Assembly (NCBI RefSeq): GCF_001194135.2
Contig: NC_068982.1
Coordinates: 164,010,100 to 164,074,099 of the forward strand
Length of the DNA: 64,000 bases
Direction: 5' to 3'
Origin: Octopus bimaculoides
Lineage: Eukaryota
The translations under genes were made by a program, and so were the position numbers. Positions 12,728 through 26,740 of the stretch are shown here, in pieces; the stretch's first letter is position 1; the number at the start of each line of letters is the position of its first letter. The notes below the pieces were generated by a model. That model ran no database searches. It saw nothing but the letters and a program-made list of their open reading frames with translations, and was not told where the DNA came from.

Positions 12728-12858
12728 ATACCTTAGGAATGAGAAGCCAGGTTCGACATTTCCCCAAGACACCTGAAGAAGTCTGGAGGGTATATCAGCC
12801 GAAACGTTATGTTAACAACAAACAAGGTGAGGACAAATATCCGTTGAATGTAAATAAT
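12728..12858 (+). mobile_element. Penelope-like terminal repeat segment, inverted relative to the adjacent ORF
   Basis: Nearly identical to the reverse complement of 34082-34196; carries the CTGANGA...GAAAC motif. Confidence 0.75.
12768..12813 (+). ncRNA. Minimal type I hammerhead ribozyme motif (mutated copy)
   Basis: GACAC CTGAAGA A GTCTG-N10-CAGCC GAAA C GTT ATGTT. The core is present, with one stem II mismatch and a mismatch at the first stem I pair. Confidence 0.6.
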
Positions 12859-13779
12859 GAACTGTGCTTATTGCTGTTACTGCCGTTATTCATGATTAGT
12901 TTAGGGCCGGAGCAGCTGTGTGGTTAGTCATTGGAACAACAGTGTAACATCCGTAACCATGACGTACATTTTATATATCAGGGATGATATTATTTAATGC
13001 TTTCCTTCTTAATTAAGGCAGCCGGATGTGATTTGGCGGAAATCTTGTTATTTCTAGTAATCGAGATGTCATGCTGATGATCTGTCGATTGTTAATGACT
13101 AAGGTGTGTATCATACGTTATATCAGTTATATCACTTGTGATACCAAACACACGCAACACGTGAATTTTAAAACGAACAAAACAATCAACAATAGAGGGC
13201 AATAAATAGTAAAACAAGATTTAAAAAAAAAGGAATAAAAACAAGAATTTCTCTTTTAGAATTTTTTCAAAATTGTTCACGTTTCAAGAGAGCATCAGAA
13301 AACGTTGCCACTCCTTCAACAGAGGAACATTACAAACAAAAAAAATATAAAAGAGTAACGAAAGCTTTATTTATTTATGTGTTTATTTATCTATCTATTT
13401 CTTTACATCTGCAAGACTTTATTTCAATAATTTCTTTTAACAAATGACAAAATGCAAGCTCAGTAATAATAGATCTTGCCTTTCAGGAACAAACAGTATT
13501 TTCAAAAATGCTTTTCAGTTTCTTCTTGTCTTCCCAGCATGCATTGTGCGTTGTGAGCTTTTCAAAAAATCAAAAAAATCTAAAAAAGAAAGAAAGAAAA
13601 AAAAGCATTGTGCATTTGGAAGTTGTGGCTTCAAGGGTAAGAAGTATGTGAAAGTCAATTGGAGTGGTTGCCATGTCAAAACTGGTAATTAACCATTAAA
13701 ACTAAGAACTAACAACGAAACAATGGCACGAGTCGACATGATAAACAAATGTATGTACATATGCTTATATGCATGTTCC

Positions 13780-14031
13780 CATATAATTATGTATGTATGT
13801 ATGTATGTATGTAAGTATGTATGTATGTATGTATGTATGCATGTACGTACGTACCTATGTATATATGTATGCATGTATGTATGTATGTAAGTATGGCATG
13901 TATATATGTATACATGTATGTATGTATATTTGTACATCGACACGTGTAATTTGTTTGTGATCTTACGTATGCGTGAATGCTTATATATAGATGCGGGTTT
14001 CAATATATGCATATATTTAAGTATATGTGCA

Positions 14032-14083
<52 letters not shown>

Positions 14084-14282
14084 NNNNNNNNNNNNNNNNN
14101 NNNNNNNNNNNNNNNNNNNNNNNNNNNNNNNNNNNNNNNNNNNNNNNNNNNNNNNNNNNNNNNNNNNNNNNNNNNNNNNNNNNNNNNNNNNNNNNNNNNN
14201 NNNNNNNNNNNNNNNNNNNNNNNNNNNNNNNNNNNNNNNNNNNNNNNNNNNNNNNNNNNNNNNNNNNNNNNNNNNNNNNNNN

Positions 14283-14317
<35 letters not shown>

Positions 14318-14330
14318 GTGCGCACACACA
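13780..14330. repeat. Compound (TATG)n/(TA)n/(TG)n microsatellite flanking a gap
   Basis: Directly visible. Confidence 0.95.
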
Positions 14331-15868
14331 CACACTTATACACCTTTATGCATGTGTGTGTGTGAGTTTGTGCGTAAATACTGAAATATAAGCATGTAAG
14401 TCCATAATGAAAATAATATGCATTTATATATAAACACACACACATACATATATACATATACACAAGACTTTTAGAAAAAAATCATACATGTATATAACAT
14501 TTGCATGAAAGTATGCGTGTGTCCGTGTGAATGTTTTTACGTTATTTCCATACGTGTGTGTACAGTTGTGTAAAATAAGCAAAATTTAGTCAGAAGAAGA
14601 AAAAAATAAAACAACGAAAAGGATTCTTGATAGCTCCATTGAAATGTCATTCTGTCGATATGATGGTTTTGTGATGGTAGTTGTACTTGTGTCTTTTTTG
14701 TCTTTATATCACGTTATACCATGTAGCTTCTCAAGCATTTGCAATGAAAAGGAATTCTCATATTCCATCTTACCTACCCTTGTGTACATTGCTTAGGAAG
14801 TGTCGCTGTTATATTTTGTTCGGTATTTTTTTGGTCTTTTCTTCTATTTAAGTTTTGTCTGGATGGAATCATACTTCAACTGAATGTCTAAAATAGAGTA
14901 TTTAGTTTCATTATTGACACTTTCGCTAACATAATGTTTTGCATTTTTTCCCCCTTCCAGTAAAAAGAATCTCGATATTGAACAAAAGTGAAAACAATTT
15001 TATTCTTTAAATGCATTTATTCTGTTTTTATTTTTTTTATCTTTTCAGATATTTTTCTCCTCTTTTCTTTTCTTTTCTTTCGATTACTCTCGATAACAAC
15101 ATCTCGTTCTCTCGTCACCAGACACATTTTAACATTCAACCTTTGATTGGCATTGATTGGGTAGATCTGTAAAATTGCTTTTTTTAACGTCTCCTTTTTA
15201 TTATCTTCGTTATTTGTTCAGCTTTCCTTTGCTAACCCGATATATACCTAAAAGCAGTTTCCTTTTCTTTTTTTTTTTCATGTTTCTTGACCCTCCTCCA
15301 CCATTCCATTTATCATCCATTATCCTTTCAAAATATTTACTAATTCTAATAATCTATTTCCATTACATATACATAAATGCTTCCCCGCCGCCTTATTTTA
15401 CCCAGGGGACCAATAATTATTCCGTCGCAACAATTCTTCAAGTTCGAATAAAGAGTCATATTAATTCAAAAGTTGTCAACATCAACAGACAGTCTGGCGT
15501 TCGCTGCGCAATTATATACTGTAAAGGCTCTCCTCATAGCAGCTTAGTTGTGACCCAGTTTCTGAAGTTCCCGATTGTAACATTTTCAATTTACTTTGGA
15601 CAATAATATACCTTTGCAAAGTATAGACCTCACAATTTCCACCGAAATCCATATAGTTGATAATCCTCTGATCGATATGCCTACACGCAGACACAGAAAC
15701 GCATACACGCATAGATGCATGTATATATAACATAACAGAGAGAGTTGTCTTCTCTTTTTTACCCTAGAAGAAAAGTAAAATAATTCGTTTTTGCTATATA
15801 TAAATTTTCTAGTCCACTGTCATAACATATGCAATGCAATATACGTAGAATATATACCTATTCAGCAA

Positions 15869-15923
<55 letters not shown>

Positions 15924-15940
15924 CATTTGTTTATCCATCC

Positions 15941-16007
<67 letters not shown>

Positions 16008-16027
16008 ACTGCACACACACATACACA

Positions 16028-16097
<70 letters not shown>
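15869..16097. repeat. Compound (ATCT)n-(CA)n-(TA)n microsatellite
   Basis: Directly visible. Confidence 0.97.
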
Positions 16098-16451
16098 AAT
16101 GGCATCTATATCTATCTAGACAATAGACTATGTTTATTCGAAACATGTACACTGTCTATTAATCGATTTGGTTCTCATCAGTAATGCATTTCTATTTGGA
16201 TTTCACAGTTATGTGAATGAAATACCATATAAAATTCCAATAGAATATAGTCTTCTCTTCTTTTACTAGTTATATTCATTGAAATGCGTCCATGCTGGAG
16301 CACCGATTTCAATGATATTATGTGATTATATTTACCCTATACTTCGATACAAGAGAAAATTTGGTAGAAACGGACATCACCCACACGTCTCTAAATACAA
16401 AATTGTATTTCTGTTCAACGTACTAATTTCGCTCGGCCATCTCACACCTAC

Positions 16452-16464
16452 GTGTGTGTGTGTT

Positions 16465-16517
<53 letters not shown>
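16452..16517. repeat. (GT)n microsatellite
   Basis: Directly visible. Confidence 0.97.
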
Positions 16518-16519
<2 letters not shown>

Positions 16520-17521
16520 ATCTGAGTGCGTTTATGTGCATGCAGTTGAGCGTAAGTCATATTTATTGAAGCTGACACATAACTTTGATTTACGCCTCCA
16601 ATCCTGATAAAAAAAAAGTGCTACAAGAAATCTGTTATTTGAAATGTATATATTTATGAAGATAAGAACAAAATGAAAGCTTTTGATTGGGTGCAGAAGA
16701 ATAATTGAAAAGTTTAAACTATCATAAAAGATAAAGCAATAAAGAAAGTATAGTTATGAAAAGTGAAATGTAAATGAATAAAAAGCAGTGTGTCTGTGAG
16801 GGAGACTTCTGCATTTGGATTCACTGCTTAATTGTATCTAAAGCAGTAATGGAGGGAAGCAGTGACACATAGATGAATTTTAAAATATATATCTAAATAG
16901 GTAGAAGCATCGGCTGCGAACTTACGGTTAAGTAAATATAATAACATTGTGGAGTGAACAGGAATCTTTCCTGAGAAGAAAAACTGAATGAACAAAAGGC
17001 TTTATCGTAATGGAACAATGGGGGAGGTGGAAGAAGGAAACTGGAATATTATATACGGTTTGTCGTGCGTTCTAGCACCGGCATAATTACAGTTAATTTC
17101 AGGATTAAAAAGATGAATCTTGATGTTTTGATGATGCTGTTACTGGTTTCCGTAAACTCTAAACAGAACTAAAGTAGTTGGTAAACTAATAATGATTAAT
17201 GTGCAAGTAGTATGCGAAATATGTCGCTGAGAGAAATAATACTGTTTTTGACAGGAGAATAAAGAGCGGATGTGCTTACTAGTGCAAATAACTAAACTGC
17301 AAAGGCATTTCGTTATCTTACCCCTCACCTTGTTAACAAAGATGGGATATGCTTTGACATATTCAATGGGTGGGAACCAGCACTAAATGATAACATTATT
17401 CTTCGACAGAAGATGACTGCTTAGTTGTACTCTGCAAACATATGAAGCAATCCTTTAGATTTATGCAAAATTGAATGTAAAAACAGATATCAATACATAT
17501 ATGTATACACAAACACACACA

Positions 17522-17568
<47 letters not shown>

Positions 17569-17650
17569 ACAAACACACACACATATATATACTACACACA
17601 TATATATATATACATAGAAGCACGCACACACATATATATTTATTTATTTA

Positions 17651-18034
17651 GGCGTAGACGTGGCTGTGTTGTAAGAAGATTGCTTCCTGACCACATAGTT
17701 CCGGGTTCAGTCCCACTGCGTGGCACCTTGGGCAAGTGTCTTCTATAGTCTCGGTTCGACCAAAGCCTTGTGAGTGGATTTGGTAGACGGAAACTGAAAG
17801 AAGCCCATCGTATGTATGTATGTATGTATGTATCTACGTTTCTTTGTGTTTGTTTCTCTATCGGCGCTTAACAACCACTGTTGATTTGCTTACGTTTCCG
17901 TAAGTTAGCTGTTCGGCAAAAAGAGATTGATCGAATAAGTACCAGGCTTTAAAAAGAAATAAAGAAGTACTGGGGATCAATTCATTCGACTTAATCCCTT
18001 CAGAGTGGTACTCCAGCATGGCCGCAGTCAAATG
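17651..18034 (+). mobile_element. tRNA-derived SINE family B with internal (TATG)n
   Basis: ggcgtagacgtggctgtg...ccgggttcagtcccactgcgtggcaccttgggcaagtgtcttc...ggtagacggaaactgaaagaagccc-(TATG)n-...ccagcatggccgcagtcaaatg. Homologues at 52820, 61361 and 63707. Confidence 0.85.
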
Positions 18035-18656
18035 TATGCATGTATGTAAACAGGCATGTATGTATAGTAAGGGATTCTACACCATTTTTCCCTACTACAT
18101 TTTACGTATAAAATTTTGCTCAAGTGACTTCTGCGTACTGGGTTATCAACATAGTTGAGAATAAAAAGACTCTTTTGTGAGGGTGAGAAAGTTTTCGGCG
18201 AATAGATAATATTACATATTTATTCTAAAAGAAAGTATGATGTAATAGCTTTTACATGACGTCGTATTTGTAGAAACGAAGTGATTCGAGTTTTACCGCA
18301 TGAGCGACGTCGAGAAAAATCGAGATTGAGATGTGCACCTAAAGTTTGAACACAATACCCTGTCGTATATGTTTCACTTCCTCGTCTAATGTTCCCATGA
18401 AAGACTTGAGCGTTACATTTCGCCTTTAATCCAGTTCTAAAATAAGAAAAATATTCTTATTAGTCTTTGATGAATGCGTATGATCCTAGAATGTACAATA
18501 ACAAATCCTATTTATTGCATTTTTGCTCCGAGTAAACACATATCTATTCTTCATATATTTTACACGCAATCACACACCCACATAAACACACGCACACATA
18601 TGTATACACACAAACACACACAAATACACACAAACACACATATGTANNNNNNNNNN

Positions 18657-18709
<53 letters not shown>

Positions 18710-19499
18710 CATGTAATTATATGTTTGTATGTATGTATGTATATAATATGAGCACACACATATACGTATGTACAAACATATATACATACATATACACACA
18801 CATATACACTCACGCGATTGTATGTTGTGTATGTATAATCAATTAAAGCCAGAGTGAAAATGATCATTAGTAACCAATTATAATTTGAAGTAACAATCGG
18901 GATTCTTATGTAAACAAAGTACAAATAGGAATTTCAGTCCAGTAATCAAAGGAAAAATTGTGAACATTGTATGTTGTATGAATTATTTTGATATACCAAT
19001 ATAATCCATAACATTATGTGCTTAATCAATAAAACTATTTGACGAAACTAGAAAATAAACCCATAATGTTTTGAATGAATAGATTTAGCAAAAACATAAA
19101 AGTTTTAGTTCTGGAAATAGAAAAAAGAAACTATTGAGAAAAGTAATTTAATATTTCTCGACTCTCCATCAATTGTTCTGCAGCCACAATAACAAAAAGC
19201 AAAGGTGGAGGAGAAATATTGTTAAATATGCAACCATATCTGTTGAAGTTTCTTATATTTCTGCATTTAACTGGGGAAGTTTTAGTGATCTGGGGAAAAA
19301 AAAGTCGTTATTTATATATTTATATATATCAAGACCGCTGCCTAATGGAAGGTATATTTCAAGTTTTCAAATAAGGGTTTATAACCCCTGGTCATAGAAG
19401 ATATTTTATTAGAATATTCAGCTTTTTGAATACGGAACAAATTCGTTCATACATAAGTATATATACACTTACCTACTCACACGCATATATGTATATATA

Positions 19500-19760
<261 letters not shown>

Positions 19761-21008
19761 ATATATTTATATATTTATGCATATAGACTCGTACAAAAAT
19801 TCGTATATCAATACATATACATATATGTGTGTGTGTGAATGATATTTTTTGCTAATGCTCTTTTGTTTGTGTGAAGTTTTGACGATTTAGTAGGAAGGCC
19901 AGCAATAACGTCATCTCCACACAGCGATTTGGAAATAGCAACTGAAGAGGAAGAAGATAAAGAAAGAAAATCAAAACGAATGCTTTTATAGATGCTTCTT
20001 TGACAGTTGGCTTAAAAGCCTACTTTCTTGGAACTGTAAAATAACAAATGGCTTTACAAGCGAATCAGACAGTGAAACTTCTCCACATTTGTTAAATGTG
20101 AAGATTAGATATAATATTTCTTTTGTTGGGGTGCTTACATAGATAACCGATATTGATCTTTTTCCTCAAGCACAAAGCCTTATTGTGAACAAAAGACAGT
20201 GAAAGTAAAGGAGGAAGTGGAGGAGGAGGAAGAGAAAGAATGTGGGAAACATTATTCGATTGAATTAAGCGCAATGTATTACTGGTATAACTTCTAAGCG
20301 ACGAGAATATAAAGTATAATGCACTCATCCTTAAGGTCATCGGTTTGTATTCTGTCATCAGTAAACTCTTTCAAATATTTTTGTTGCAAGTAACAGGAGA
20401 ATGTTAGAACTCTTGCATTTCATGCCCTTGGACTTGTAGGTTCACTTCTTCCTATGTTCTCTGTTCATAGATCAGTATAGTTTCTCTGAATCTTATTGTC
20501 ACGCGACGCCTATATACTATCAATACGAATCTAACTACTATTTATTTTATCAATATCGGATGAATATCATACCAAGCGCGTTCTCTCCCAACACTATCTC
20601 ACTTGCAATTAATTAGAAGTCATCAAAAAATGCTCTGATGAATTCTAATTAAGAAAGAAACGAATTTGTGCGCATTCTTCTAAATAAATATTAATTATTG
20701 TTTCCAAAGTGTATGTATGTGTGTATGTGTGAGTGCGTGTGAGTGTGTGTGTCCGTGCGTGTGTGTGTATGCATATGTTTATAATTTTGATTGAAGTATA
20801 TACCACGCATTTTCTCTTTATATATCTGAAAAAGTGTAATTAACATTATTCTATTTCAACTATCAAAATTAATGCAGTGTCACGTGATAATGCAATATTT
20901 TGAAAATATGTCGGTTGGGCAATTTTCACAAGTAACCATATACATACTTATATTTCAATATATACACATATATATATGAAGACAAATACATAAATATGCA
21001 TAGATAGA

Positions 21009-21149
<141 letters not shown>

Positions 21150-22100
21150 AACTATACTGACTTTACATATACACACATACTTTACCGTATCATGGCTGAA
21201 TTGAGACAAATCTCGCTTGGGATTACCAAATGAATGAATGTGATAAATGCAATGAAATTGAATAACCCTGTAACATTTAATGAATTGTTCATTTTTACTG
21301 TGAGTTCAAATCTTATCTGTTTTGATTTTGCATACTTTTGAAATCCTTGGTCGTTAAAAAAGTACCTAACATCCTCTTCAACGGGAGTACATTCAATCAC
21401 GTGAAACACTTCTCAAAAGTCATGTGAGAAAATTTATATTTTATAAACGTAGTTGAGTATTTGGGCGAAATAACAGGATTCATTTATTTTTGTTCCTCTA
21501 ACTTCGAATTCTTCCTAGTGATATTGGATGTATTCAAACGGTCATATGTCCATGACTCGTAAATAAACCTTAGTTTTGTGCAATGCTGACAGTGAACTTT
21601 CCCGAACCTAAGCAAATTTGTAAATGATATACATAACCTTTTGATAGATATTTGTCCGCGCGTCGATCTCACCGGTCTTAAGGTGCGCATGGAAATTATT
21701 GGAGTAGACCTTTCTCCAGAACAAATGAAAAGAACAAAAATTGTCCATCTACATTTGTACATTCACTGTCGAATGAATCCATGACTTCATATCTAAAGTG
21801 TAAGGAATTATATTTTTAACTTAATGCATTCCTTCATTTAATGTATTCTCGTAAATCATATGAACATGTAATAATGTGAAGCATAATGCGAAGCTATATT
21901 GGAAACATGGCATAAGTGTAGAACAAATTCTTCTATTTGAATAAATAGAATTAGAGAATAAGAGAAAGAGAGAGAAAAGGAGAGATTGATGTGTATAGAT
22001 AGAAAGAGAACATGAGAAAGAAAATGAAAGAAAGCGAGAATAACAAAACAGAAGCGTTATTATTAATTCTAATCTGCAAGTGAATTAAAGAGTTTGGGTC

Positions 22101-22810
22101 AAAATCGTGGCCTGCAAGAATTCCGAACTATCTTGGCATTTGGGATTAAAAGAATGGAGAAAAGCTGTCAGTTTTGATACAGTGAGTTTGTGAATTTGAT
22201 CCCATTTTGAATTCTCTATTATTGTCAAGAAAGAAAGAAATAAGAGATAAACAGAGAGAAAGTGGGAGAGTTATCAGTTCAACACAGATAGAGCGTCAAT
22301 GTCGCTGTTATGGCATAATGGAAAGTTGGTGGTATTGAGCTAATACAACCGCTTGAGACTATTCATATATCGACGCCAGTATGTGATAAAACTATAGCCA
22401 GAGTTGACTTATTTCATCTTGCCTTGTTCGATACTTTAAATATCAGTAATATACTTAATCCTTTAACACGATTATGTCATCCTATCAAAAGAATTTAACT
22501 GTGTGTTTAGGTAAAATAGATGTTACATTTTTAGAGAGTGGAATGGCTGTAAATTTATTTCACATTACTTAATCTGAAGCATGAAAGAAACGAGCGCACG
22601 GGCTTCAACAATTATGCTATAACAACGACAATAACACTGGAATATGTGTTCAACTGATAACTCTCCCATTTTCTCTCTCTTTATATGCCACTCCTTTTCT
22701 TTGACAATAATAGGGAATTTAAAACGGGATCTAATTCACAAATCGACTGTATCAAAACAGTTTTTCCCAAGAGCCAAAATATTTTGGAATTCTTGCAGGC
22801 CATGATTTTC
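22101..22810. repeat. Foldback/MITE-like inverted repeat (arms about 22101-22320 and 22610-22810)
   Basis: Left arm aaaatcgtggcctgcaagaattcc...gttttgatacagt...ctattattgtcaagaaa...gggagagttatcagtt aligns with the reverse complement of the right arm aactgataactctccc...tttcttgacaataatag...actgtatcaaaac...ggaattcttgcaggccatgatttt. Confidence 0.8.
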
Positions 22811-23974
22811 TAATTGGCTTTTGGTTATGGCATTATTGATAAAACAATTAATGCAATGAATAGTTGTTGAGTAGCCATAGGTCATCTCTGATGAAACAGA
22901 ACTATTTTCAAAAGCTTTCCAACCGTGCCTATGCACTCATTTATTGCGATTATGCTCTAAGATTGAAGGCTGCATTATATGAGAGATATTTGTCTTCTAA
23001 TTCTATGATTTCGAGCGACCACTCAAACACAGGGTTCATTGTTAGTGTCATTCTTGGTTATCCCAAACTCCCTTCAAACACACTGTTAATTAGCCCTCGA
23101 AAATGTTAAACGTCATAATAGCCCTATTTCTTTGCGTTTAATAAAAATGAAGCACACTATCCAATTACAATTTTTGCAGGTTAATATCAGAGAATATGAA
23201 CAGAGAAAGGAAAAGGAAACCTTAGAGTGATGGTCATATCGCGGAGCAGTGACAGAGGAAACATTAATAAACATTGAAAGCAGAATACAAACGTTTATTA
23301 AAAAATATCGTTTAGTGGGAACTTCGAGGGTGGTAAGGGCGTTGATAGCATACTGACAGATGGTTCGTTCACACGAACAGAGATTGATGTAACATATGTA
23401 TAAAATATAGAGGGTGGTTAATAGGTATATGGTACTGTATCAATATGAAAAAGAAAACGGCTCTTTAAGGAAAGTGAATCAAGTTATTAAATATCACGTA
23501 ACTTGGAAAAAGCTGAAACTTATCTATACATTTATTTGTACAAAGGTAATATATAAACATACAGTCATATTTATATGTATTTAATCAAGTTGAATCGGTA
23601 CTTTAGTAAATATTATTCGACCATAAATGCTGTTGCTAGTATAAGTAGTTTTTGTTGACTTTCACTGCTTCGACTGCGATGATGGTGATTGTGCTGGAAC
23701 TGTGGTTTCAGCAGACATGTCAGTTGAGAGTAGAGTTGCTGTTGTTAATAATGTGTTTCCGATGTTCGTATTGTTGGGCTGTGATGTTGTTAGGTAATTT
23801 AATTTAGTTGGAGCTTGGAACACTGTTATTGCTTGGCGTGCTGTGTCTGTCATTGTTTGAGTTGTTGTTGTTCTTCTTGCTCCATACGATTTTTCTGCTG
23901 TTGCTACTCTCTTCTTTCCTCTCAGTGGACGACGGCAGTCTATAGAAATCGTTTTCATCAAAGAGAACATCTTC

Positions 23975-24186
23975 ACCACGAGCTTCAAAAGTTTTGCTAC
24001 AACGACGACAATAACGCTTAAATCTGTGCTAGACTGATAATTCTCAATTTTATCTAACGGTATCTCTCGTTATTCTTCACAATAATAGGGAATTTAATAT
24101 GGGTTCAAATTCATAAATCGACTCTTACAAAATAATTTTTTTCCAGTCTTTCATTCTGGGCTGTTGTTAAAATTACGGCCATGTTT
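23975..24186 (+). repeat. Third, more diverged copy of the foldback arm (same orientation as 22610-22810)
   Basis: cacgagcttcaaaagttttgctacaacgacgacaataac...actgataattctc...acaataatagggaatttaa...aaatcgact aligns with 22597-22750. Confidence 0.7.
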
Positions 24187-24288
24187 AATGTTTTAAAAAT
24201 ATTTTCTTCCAGAGAAAATTTTAAAAAAGTATTTAAACCCCAAATGAGTAAAAATAAAGTAATCAACGGAGCCTCTTTCTCACTGGCG

Positions 24289-24290
<2 letters not shown>

Positions 24291-24363
<73 letters not shown>
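24291..24363. repeat. (CA)n microsatellite
   Basis: Directly visible. Confidence 0.97.
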
Positions 24364-24365
<2 letters not shown>

Positions 24366-24710
24366 TATTTGTTTAAGGTTGTTGCTTACTGAAACAGTTT
24401 CATTCTCCTTCCTATAGGCTTTATTAGCTGCATTTGTACACCGTTTTTCTATAGTTCAATGAAACATGAATGGGCAACTTTCGGGAAGTTTTGCATACAT
24501 TTCTCATCAGAAGTATGCAAAACATATTTTAAATTTATTTTTGACGTGTTTTCATTTAGCCGGCATTTTTTGACAAGTCTTATCTCAGTCGATTTCTTCC
24601 GAAAGGATGAAATGCAATGTTGTCCTCGGTGGGGGTTGAAACTAGAGTTGCAAAATGCAGGAATTACGAGTCCAAAATAATCTAGGCCAAACCATATCGA
24701 CTCTGCAAAT

Positions 24711-24937
<227 letters not shown>

Positions 24938-25242
24938 CAGCTAAGCGCAATATAATGCCATAAAGGAAAAAGTTTATCGTCACTAATGATGACTGAGGGA
25001 GCCGAAGCACATATATTACAAGAAATAAGTGTTAAAGACTCTTAATGCAAGACGAAGCGTGCAATATATATACACTGACAGGGGAGGTAACCGCCCCATG
25101 AACATCTCTAGGATCACTAGACTAGTCTCGTCTATCAGTCGTAAGATCGTTAGTAGTGAATACTCAAACGCTCGAAGTGTATATCTATGTATGTATATAT
25201 ATATAATATATTCTAGAGTGATTTTGTTTTTATAGTAGGAAT

Positions 25243-25640
25243 ATATTTATCTAAGATTAATTTACTTAGCTTACATAGATCGGATTTATTAGAGTAGACT
25301 AGTCTAACTTCCGTGTCTGTTAATTTTCTTTATGATCCTTAATTGTTATGCTGGGTCTGGAAGGTGCGAAAGGTTCAGTTTTCTCTTCTATGTTGTAGTT
25401 TGTCATAATCTTCTTGGTAGATAAGTTCAAAAGTCTTAAAGTGTAATTAGGCACTATTTTGTATATCTTCGTTATTTCTTTATGCAGCAAACGTGGTATA
25501 AATTAATATCCAAATTATATGAGTTCCTGGTTTTGTCGGGGTGTACAATAATTCCCTTTTGCGATTTCAGTTTGTGCAGTAGGCCCTTTAAGCTTATTTA
25601 GTAAGCATTATTCTTTAGTGGGTGTCGTTTAAATTTTAGG
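25243..25640 (-). mobile_element. Penelope-like RT N-terminal fragment (frameshifted)
   Basis: Joined minus-strand frames give DKTRNSYNLDINLY...HKEITKIYK...ITIKDHKEN...EVRLVYSNKSDLCKLSKLILDKY, matching the KTRNLYK...ITLKDHKENF...RLINP.KS..GK.SK.ILD pattern of PLE RTs. Confidence 0.7.
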
Positions 25641-26367
25641 TTCTTAATAGTATCCCATAGTGCATATATATATATATATATATATANNNNNNNNNNNNNN
25701 NNNNNNNNNNNNNNNNNNNNNNNNNNNNNNNNNNNNNNNNNNNNNNNNNNNNNNNNNNNNNNNNNNNNNNNNNNNNNNNNNNNNNNNNNNNNNNNNNNNN
25801 NNNNNNNNNNNNNNNNNNNNNNNNNNNNNNNNNNNNNNNNNNNNNNNNNNNNNNNNNNNNNNNNNNNNNNNNNNNNNNNNNNNNNNNNNNNNNNNNNNNN
25901 NNNNNNNNNNNNNNNNNNNNNNNNNNNNNNNNNNNNNNNNNNNNNNNNNNNNNNNNNNNNNNNNNNNNNNNNNNNNNNATATATATTTATATATATATAT
26001 ATATATATATATACTTTTGCTACTATTCATTACCTCCAGCTATATTTTATTTATAACATAAGCGTCTGAAGTGTACAAATTTCTTCTGTGTTCCAGCCCT
26101 TTGATTTCTGAAATACCGGGTAGTAGACTTAATATTAACATCTGGTATTTCGATTGCTTTTGTTGAGTTCACTCTCTTCCTTTCAACAGTTAAGGGAACC
26201 AGAGAAAAGTTGGTGCTTTACCTTTAGCTACTCAACATGAATATTAGTCAACCACTTTAATCTTACTGGCATATAAGACCCCACCTCAGTCATGGGCACT
26301 ATATCTCGCTCCTCTTTATATGCTATAAAACATGTTGACGATAAGCATGACAAAAGTTGCCAAAACA

Positions 26368-26421
<54 letters not shown>

Positions 26422-26489
26422 TGCAACATGGGAGTCATATGTGAAATACGTGAGTATATGAGGTAGTGTGAATATTATTTGATATAGAA

Positions 26490-26740
26490 TTAGAAGACAA
26501 CGAGAAAGAAAGTGAGAAAGAGAGAAAGAAAGAGCAAGAAAGAGAGAGAGATAAAGAAAGAAAGAGAGAGAGAAAAAAGAATGAATGGGAGAGAGAGAGA
26601 GAGAAAGAAAGAAAGGGAGATTGAGAAAGAATGAAATGGAGAGAGAGAAAGAAAGAGAGAGAGACAGACAAACAAAGAGAGAAGATAAATAGAAAAAAAA
26701 AAGGATAAATAGAAAAAAAGCCCGAGAGAGCAAGAGATGA
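26490..26740. repeat. Degenerate (GA/GAAA)n purine tract
   Basis: Directly visible. Confidence 0.9.

Noticed and set aside
14620-14900. Possible decayed Penelope GIY-YIG (PFHCKCLRSYMV*RDIKTK); a similar hint at 35340-35600
   Set aside because: Similarity is too fragmentary to support without a profile search.
23662-24021. Cys-rich plus ORF (metallothionein/toxin-like look) and Thr-rich minus ORF
   Set aside because: Both derive from degenerate (GTT/GCT/TGT)n low-complexity sequence, and the 3' part overlaps a repeat arm; there is no signal peptide or family-specific Cys spacing.
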